From an uncultured virus (IMG/VR IMGVR_UViG_3300025158_000017) (Duplodnaviria > Heunggongvirae > Uroviricota > Caudoviricetes): DNA of 64,000 nt. Numbering within the stretch: the first letter of the stretch is position 1; the number at the start of each line of letters is the position of its first letter. The notes under the pieces were generated by a model. It did no database searches and was not told the DNA's origin. It saw only the letters and a list, made by a program, of their open reading frames with translations. Made by a program: the position numbers and the translations under genes. Positions 58,171 through 64,000 of this stretch are shown one piece after another. Location of the stretch: IMG/VR virus record IMGVR_UViG_3300025158_000017; one strand, given 5' to 3'.

Positions 58171-60249
58171 ATGGTCGCTCGTAAGAAAACAGACCCTAAT
58201 AGTGGTGGATCTCTTCAGCTTGGGTTTTTCACTCCAGAGTCTAAATGGGAACCACCTTCTTTATCAGATCTTCCATCTTGGAAAGGTGCAAAAAGGATAG
58301 CAATAGATGCAGAAACCAGAGATCCTTCAATCGCAAATAATCTTGGAAGCGGAGCCCTACGAGACGGATATACAGTTGGATGGGGATTCGCTATTGAGGG
58401 AGGACCAAAACATTATCTTCCATTCCGCCACGAAGGAGGCGACAACTTACCTATCGAGGGCGTTCTCGGTTATCTTAGAGAACAAATTAAAAACTTTGAT
58501 GGAGAGTTCGTGGGAGCCAACCTCGCCTATGATGTTGATTATGGATATAACGATGGATTTGATTGGCACCATGATGCGAAGTTCCGTGACATTCAAATTG
58601 CAGACCCTCTCATCTATGAACTCCACAGATCCTATTCTCTTGCAAATATTGGACAAAGATGCGGTATCGAAGCTAAAGATGAATCCACACTTTTGGAAGC
58701 TGCAGAATCTTACGGTCTCGATCCAAAGAAAGGATTGTGGAGACTTCCTGCGAGATATGTAGGTGCTTATGGAGAACAAGATGTTACATCTCCATTAGAA
58801 ATTCTACGCAAGCAAGAAAAAGAAATTCAGAAACTTAATCTACAACAAATCTGGGATTTAGAAACAAGGACTTTACCAGTTCTTGTTCGTATGAGAAGAC
58901 GTGGCGTTAGAATTGATTTTGATAAACTATCTCAGATTGAAGAGTGGTCTATCAAAGAAGAAACAAAAGCACTTGATTACATTCGTAGAGAAACTGGTAT
59001 TCATATTGGATTTGGAGAAGTCTGGAAAGCCGTAGCTCTTGCTCCAGCACTACAGGCAATAGGGATGCGTCTACAAAAAACTGCGACAGGAGCTCCACAG
59101 ATTGATAGGTTCCTTTTGGGCAGTAATAATCATCCTGTATGTGAAGCTATTCTAAGGGCACGAAAAGTCAACAAACTTAGAACTACTTTTGCTGAGAGTA
59201 TTAGAAAATATGCAGTCAATGGAAGAATTCATTGTTCTTTCAGACAAATTGCTGCTGAAACAGAGAGTGGTGAACAGAAGGGTGTGCGTTATGGCAGACT
59301 TTCTGCGATTGATCCTAATCTACAACAACAACCAAGTCCAGACAGAGATCCTGAAATCGCTGGAGAATGGCGTAAGATTTTCATACCAGAAGAAGGAGCA
59401 TTGTGGGGAGTTAATGACTATTCTCAACAAGAACCTCGTTGGACGACACACTTTGCAGCAGTCTTAGATCTACCAAGAGCAAGAGAAGCTGCTGAAAGAT
59501 ATCAGAATAATCCTGATACTGATAACCATGATATGATGACTAGGCTAGTTTATGGTGATTCTCAAGTAGATCAATGGTATTTGAATGACCCAAAAGGATC
59601 ATATAAAGTTCATCGTGGTTATTCGAAGAATATTTTCCTTGGACTTTGCTATGGTGAGGGTGGACCTAAACTTGCTCGTGATTTGAGTAAGCCTACAAGA
59701 TGGGCTGTGAGTTATGGATGGGGTTCAGACAAACGAATTGAGTTTTTCAAAACTCAGCATGATGCGATGCAATATAAATTTGAAATTCAGAAAGGCTTTG
59801 TTCGAGAAATGGCTGGAGAAGAAGCACAGCTAATTCTCGATAATTTTGATAAAGAAGTTCCTTATGTTCGAGAACTTGCTAGGGCAGCAACTAAAAGAGC
59901 AGAAGCTCGTGGTTTTGTAAACACAATCTTAGGAAGACGTTTGAACTTTGAAACTAGAGATGATGGAACTTTCGATTATACACATAAAGCATTGAATAGA
60001 ATTATTCAAGGATCCTCTGCAGATCAAACTAAATTAGCTATATGTGAAATTGATAGAGCTGGTCATTTTCTACAACTGCAAGTTCATGATGAAACGGATG
60101 GCAGTTATGCTGATGTCACAGAAGCTAAAACAGTTGGTGATATCATGAGAGATTGTATCAGGGATACATATCCAGGAAAACTCTGGGTTCCTTTTAAAGT
60201 TGATACAGAAGTTGGCCAATCATGGGGCGAGATCATGGGTGTGAAATGA
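58171..60249 (+). CDS. polA: DNA polymerase, family A, with 3'-5' exonuclease
   Basis: DAET, GRLS..DPNLQQQP, DYSQQEPR, K...LGLCYG, N.IIQGSSAD, QVHDE. Confidence 0.93.
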   Translation: MVARKKTDPNSGGSLQLGFFTPESKWEPPSLSDLPSWKGAKRIAIDAETRDPSIANNLGSGALRDGYTVGWGFAIEGGPKHYLPFRHEGGDNLPIEGVLGYLREQIKNFDGEFVGANLAYDVDYGYNDGFDWHHDAKFRDIQIADPLIYELHRSYSLANIGQRCGIEAKDESTLLEAAESYGLDPKKGLWRLPARYVGAYGEQDVTSPLEILRKQEKEIQKLNLQQIWDLETRTLPVLVRMRRRGVRIDFDKLSQIEEWSIKEETKALDYIRRETGIHIGFGEVWKAVALAPALQAIGMRLQKTATGAPQIDRFLLGSNNHPVCEAILRARKVNKLRTTFAESIRKYAVNGRIHCSFRQIAAETESGEQKGVRYGRLSAIDPNLQQQPSPDRDPEIAGEWRKIFIPEEGALWGVNDYSQQEPRWTTHFAAVLDLPRAREAAERYQNNPDTDNHDMMTRLVYGDSQVDQWYLNDPKGSYKVHRGYSKNIFLGLCYGEGGPKLARDLSKPTRWAVSYGWGSDKRIEFFKTQHDAMQYKFEIQKGFVREMAGEEAQLILDNFDKEVPYVRELARAATKRAEARGFVNTILGRRLNFETRDDGTFDYTHKALNRIIQGSSADQTKLAICEIDRAGHFLQLQVHDETDGSYADVTEAKTVGDIMRDCIRDTYPGKLWVPFKVDTEVGQSWGEIMGVK

Positions 60250-60518
60250 GCGTCGAGGTAACAGTCAAGTTCAGTGATTTGAAATATACTCGTTATGAAT
60301 ACTGGCTCAATGACACGACTTTGTATTTGAACAAGATGTTGGTTCTTGAAAGACTGACTACACGACACAAGCTGAAAGTCGATTTCAGGAATTCTTATTT
60401 CAGAGTTGACCATGGATACTACGGTATCAAAGAAGAACCTGATGTCGAAATTGAAATACAGCAAGAGGCGCTCCGTATAGCAAGGGGCATGATCAAAGTA
60501 GAAAGATGGATCAAATGA
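60246..60518 (+). CDS. Hypothetical protein
   Basis: ATGA overlap. Confidence 0.55.
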   Translation: MSVEVTVKFSDLKYTRYEYWLNDTTLYLNKMLVLERLTTRHKLKVDFRNSYFRVDHGYYGIKEEPDVEIEIQQEALRIARGMIKVERWIK

Positions 60519-61246
60519 AATATGGTGTCTTAGTTGATGGAGAGTTTGAACAACGTGATATCGTTGAAATGTATGCAAAAGGATTTTCTCATCCCATGTA
60601 TGGAAGATCTGATACATTTGATCATTATGTAATGAAAGAAATCAATAGAAGCTATGGTAAGCTAGAAGTAGAAAACAAAGTTGTTCTTGATGTTGGAGCA
60701 AATATAGGAGCTTTCTCTTGTTGGGCGTTAGAAAGAAATCCTTCTCATGTTATTTGTCTAGAGCCAGAAGTAAATAATTTTCAAATGTTGAAACTCAACG
60801 TCTCATACTTTTCTAATGAAAATGTGGAAAATCCATTTACTCTGCATAATGTTGCTCTGCACTCTGAGTATAGTGGTCCAGAGAAATTGTATCTTGCGAA
60901 AAGTGGTAAAAATCCTGGAAATTCTAGCACGACAGAAAGGAGAGGAAGAATTGAAATACCAATTGATATGATGTCTGTGTCACAATTAAAAGAGTATCAT
61001 CCTGTTATCAATGCTGCAAAAGTGGATTGTGAAGGTGCTGAATATGAATTCATGAAAACATTTATTGAAGCATATCCTGATTTGGAGCAAATAGCTTTAG
61101 AAATTCATATAAATGGATTTGATCTACAAAAAGCAAAAGATCTAAATCAAATGATGATTGATAATGGATTTGAAACTCAAGTTTTTCCAAGACTTCATAA
61201 CAATAGACTATGGCAAACTCTAGCTACATATAGGAGACCGAAATGA
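60515..61246 (+). CDS. FkbM family SAM-dependent methyltransferase
   Basis: VLDVGANIGAFS, LEP...NF..L..N, KVDCEGAEYE, LEIH. Confidence 0.85.
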   Translation: MKYGVLVDGEFEQRDIVEMYAKGFSHPMYGRSDTFDHYVMKEINRSYGKLEVENKVVLDVGANIGAFSCWALERNPSHVICLEPEVNNFQMLKLNVSYFSNENVENPFTLHNVALHSEYSGPEKLYLAKSGKNPGNSSTTERRGRIEIPIDMMSVSQLKEYHPVINAAKVDCEGAEYEFMKTFIEAYPDLEQIALEIHINGFDLQKAKDLNQMMIDNGFETQVFPRLHNNRLWQTLATYRRPK

Positions 61247-61422
61247 AAATAGTAGATTTAGATGCCACACTTCATGCTGAAACAGAATTAGCAAGGGGTT
61301 TCAAATTCTCTGAAGATCAAGAAAATCTCATATGGATACCAAAATCTCAACATGAATGGGATGAACATGATTGGGTTGTTTCTTTACCAGAACAAATTGC
61401 TTTTGATAAAGGGTTGATCTAA
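61243..61422 (+). CDS. 59-aa conserved phage protein
   Basis: Manual translation: ETE.A, WIPKSQ, LPE.IA.DKGLI; RBS AGGAG. Confidence 0.6.
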   Translation: MKIVDLDATLHAETELARGFKFSEDQENLIWIPKSQHEWDEHDWVVSLPEQIAFDKGLI

Positions 61423-61958
61423 TGAGACATGTAATGCTTGATTTAGAAACATGGGGAACAAAGCCGGGTTCTGCTCTTCGTTCAATTGGTTTAGTTCAAT
61501 TTGACCCAAGGACTCCAGGATTCGGAAAAGAATTTTATTGTAATATTGAGAGAGATAGTCAGATTGCTCTCGGTGCTACTATAAATGAAGGAACAGAAAA
61601 ATGGTGGGCTCAGCAAAGTGGAGCAGCTAGAAAAGCTCTAGAAGAAAATCAAATTCATTTGCTGCAAGCGTGTCTCCAAGTGAAGACATATTTTTGTGAA
61701 ACTAAAGTCACATATGTCTGGGCTCAAGGTTCTAACTTTGATCCAGTTCTATTAGAAGCAAGTTTTGATTTAGTTGATCTCTCTGTTCCGTGGAGATTTT
61801 ATAATACTCGTGACACAAGAACTATTTACAATGCTGCGAGTTTGGATACTAAGTTGATCACACGTAAAGGAGAACACCATAATGCACTAGAAGATGCGAA
61901 ACATCAAGTTCGTTGTGTTTACATGGCTTTTAAAATTCTTCATGGAGACAAGAAATGA
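61422..61958 (+). CDS. DEDDh 3'-5' exonuclease
   Basis: MLDLET, WAQG.NFD, RDTRT, HNALEDA..Q. Confidence 0.85.
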   Translation: MRHVMLDLETWGTKPGSALRSIGLVQFDPRTPGFGKEFYCNIERDSQIALGATINEGTEKWWAQQSGAARKALEENQIHLLQACLQVKTYFCETKVTYVWAQGSNFDPVLLEASFDLVDLSVPWRFYNTRDTRTIYNAASLDTKLITRKGEHHNALEDAKHQVRCVYMAFKILHGDKK

Positions 61959-62425
61959 TTCTTAGTGGTAGGACTATTCAACAACTTCAAATAATTAAAC
62001 CTTTCTATGGTAGAACCAGACACGAAGGTCTTACATTCGGTTGTGGTCCTGCTGGCTATGATGTAAGAGTTGAATTTGATAATGAAGGTAAATGTAATAC
62101 AGTAGAATTACTTCCAAATCAATTCATGTTGGCAAGCACGATAGAACATTTCACAATGCCAAAAGATGTTCTCGGAATTGTTCATGATAAATCTACTTGG
62201 GCTCGTCTTGGACTTGCATGTCAGAATACTGTTATTGAACCTGGATGGTCTGGTTTTCTAACACTAGAACTCACTAACCATGGAAATAATTCTTTGGTTA
62301 TAAAACGTGGAATGCCAATTGCTCAGATTATTTTTCACTTCATAGATGAGGATACTAATGGTTATGAAGGAAAATATCAAAATCAAAAGCGCGGACCAGT
62401 CAAACCGATTATAGAGACAAGTTAG
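61955..62425 (+). CDS. dcd: dCTP deaminase
   Basis: PAGYDVR, KSTWARLG, IEPGWSG.LTLEL.N, Y.GKYQ.Q. Confidence 0.85.
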   Translation: MILSGRTIQQLQIIKPFYGRTRHEGLTFGCGPAGYDVRVEFDNEGKCNTVELLPNQFMLASTIEHFTMPKDVLGIVHDKSTWARLGLACQNTVIEPGWSGFLTLELTNHGNNSLVIKRGMPIAQIIFHFIDEDTNGYEGKYQNQKRGPVKPIIETS

Positions 62426-62486
62426 ACTTGTGGCTGAACTGGTGCTAGGGTAAATTAAAGGCTGGCACTAGCACTCGGAAACCTTC

Positions 62487-62924
62487 ATGTCAGAGAATAG
62501 TATGAAGGGAGTTTTAGTCAAGAGGCTGTCTTTATTAGACGCTTGTTCGATTGAATCTCCTATGACTGGTATTGGTATCCCTGATATCAATTTCATTGGT
62601 GGATGGATTGAATGTAAAGCCATGAAATTATGGCCCAAAGGATGTGATATCAGACCAGTGAAATTTCCTCATCCATTGAGTAAAGAACAGCAAGTCTGGC
62701 TTTATCGTAGAGAAAGAGCAGGAGGGCTTGCTTTAGTTTGTGTGAAAGTTAGTAACTCTTGGTTCTTTTTCTCTGGTAGAGACATAAAGGAAAATAATCT
62801 ATGGGACAATATGACAAGACCTCAAATGTATCACTGGTCATTGAAAGTTTTCGAAAGATCTTTACCAGAAAGAGAACTTTGCCAATTTCTAATTTCACTA
62901 ACTCAAAAAACTCTCAAACTATAA
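62487..62924 (+). CDS. VRR-NUC/resolvase-like PD-(D/E)XK nuclease
   Basis: GIPD, WIECK, Q..WL..R..AGG. Confidence 0.75.
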   Translation: MSENSMKGVLVKRLSLLDACSIESPMTGIGIPDINFIGGWIECKAMKLWPKGCDIRPVKFPHPLSKEQQVWLYRRERAGGLALVCVKVSNSWFFFSGRDIKENNLWDNMTRPQMYHWSLKVFERSLPERELCQFLISLTQKTLKL

Positions 62925-62936
62925 GGTTCTGGTGAA

Positions 62937-64000
62937 ATGAAAGGCAATAGCCAAAAATCAATAGAATTTCTAAAACTTTTTAAACCGGGAGGACCATGGA
63001 CACTAGGAGCAATTGCTCCTGATCGTAAACAAGTTACATTTAAAACTTTTACAGATGAACAATCTGCATATACTTTTGTTGAACAAGAGAATGGTATTCG
63101 TAATATCTATTTTCTAGTCAACGAACCAAGATTAGATATCAATTCAAAGCCAAGTAAAACAGATATTGAAAATGGTCTGTGGTTGCATGTTGATATTGAT
63201 AGTGATGCACCAGATGCTGAGGGTCTTGAAAATGATCGCAGTATAATGCTTTCACGTCTAACAACTAATCTACCAAAAGGAATTCAGAAACCAACAGTAA
63301 TTATTTTCTCAGGTAATGGATATTGGGGCTTCTGGAAACTCAAGGAACCATTTCCTATCCAAGGAACAGAAGTAAAGTGGGAAGATTTTGAGCTATATAA
63401 CAAACGTCTTGAACAAGTTTTCGGAGGTGATCATTGCTTTAACGTAGATCGTATTGCTCGCCTTCCTGGGACAATAAATATTCCAAATCCACAGAAACGT
63501 AAAAAAGGTAGAGTTGAAGTTGAAGCTTCACTTCTAGAATACGATCCTAGTTGTGTGTATGATATTGCAGATTTTAAGAAAGCCGCTGGAACTCAAGTTT
63601 CCGGATCCATGATGGATGGTGGAAAAATAAAAGATGTTGATATTGATGTTGGTAATATTGATCGCATACAAGATCTCAATGAATTGGATGAATGGTCTGT
63701 CCCAGACAGAATTAAAATTATCATTGCCCAAGGGCATCATCCTGATCAGCCAAAAGCCTCAGACAATTCTAGGTCCGCTTGGGTTTTTGATTGTGTCTGT
63801 GGTCTTGCTCGTTGTGATGTTCCAGATCATGTAATTTATTCGATACTTACAGATCCAGAATGGTTGATCTCACAATCTGTTTTAGAATTGAAATCTGGTG
63901 CAGATAGATATGCTCGTAGACAAATATCAAGAGCAAAGCAATATAGTGAAGATCCAAATCTACTTATGATGAATGATAGACATGCTGTTATTGGTAACAT
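62937..64000 (+). CDS. RepB-like AEP primase (probably primase-helicase), truncated by window edge
   Basis: Not in ORF track; manual translation NIYF.VN, WLHVDID, SGNGYWGFW, DRIARLPGTIN. Confidence 0.8.
   Translation, partial: MKGNSQKSIEFLKLFKPGGPWTLGAIAPDRKQVTFKTFTDEQSAYTFVEQENGIRNIYFLVNEPRLDINSKPSKTDIENGLWLHVDIDSDAPDAEGLENDRSIMLSRLTTNLPKGIQKPTVIIFSGNGYWGFWKLKEPFPIQGTEVKWEDFELYNKRLEQVFGGDHCFNVDRIARLPGTINIPNPQKRKKGRVEVEASLLEYDPSCVYDIADFKKAAGTQVSGSMMDGGKIKDVDIDVGNIDRIQDLNELDEWSVPDRIKIIIAQGHHPDQPKASDNSRSAWVFDCVCGLARCDVPDHVIYSILTDPEWLISQSVLELKSGADRYARRQISRAKQYSEDPNLLMMNDRHAVIGN

Larger units (their letters stand above)
8405..64000. mobile_element. AT-richer siphovirus genome (phage B), YuA/phiJL001/RDJL-like gene order
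   Basis: Full head-tail-lysis module followed by helicase, RNR, hmdU cluster, PolA, primase; almost all genes on + strand. Confidence 0.85.

Overview
The window is tailed-phage DNA in two compositionally distinct parts. Bases 1 to about 8,405 are GC-rich (roughly 60% by eye) and hold the replication/early arm of one alphaproteobacterial-type phage: prim-pol, resolvase, DUF2303, a Cro-like HTH, divergent promoters and small ORFs. Bases from about 8,405 to 64,000 are AT-richer (roughly 40% by eye) and hold most of a siphovirus organised like YuA/M6/phiJL001/RDJL-type phages. That part contains early small genes, split terminase genes, portal, capsid, tail, lysis, helicases, class II RNR, a 5-hydroxymethyluracil (5hmdU) hypermodification cluster, PolA and a primase. 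VPLPA-CTERM-like proteins, a GTA-like baseplate hub and NrdJ suggest a Rhodobacteraceae host (inference). The most striking signal is an ~830 bp island between terS and terL (18222-19054) with no GA dinucleotide on the + strand. It encodes an Asp/Glu-free protein and a small membrane peptide, and lies beside GA/TC-saturated DNA. Together with the modification cluster (5hmdU DNA kinase, glycosyltransferase-like protein, FkbM methyltransferase, no visible amino acid:DNA transferase), this suggests a TC-context thymidine hypermodification and a modification-free, first-transcribed cassette. All functional calls come from motifs and synteny read by eye; no searches were run.
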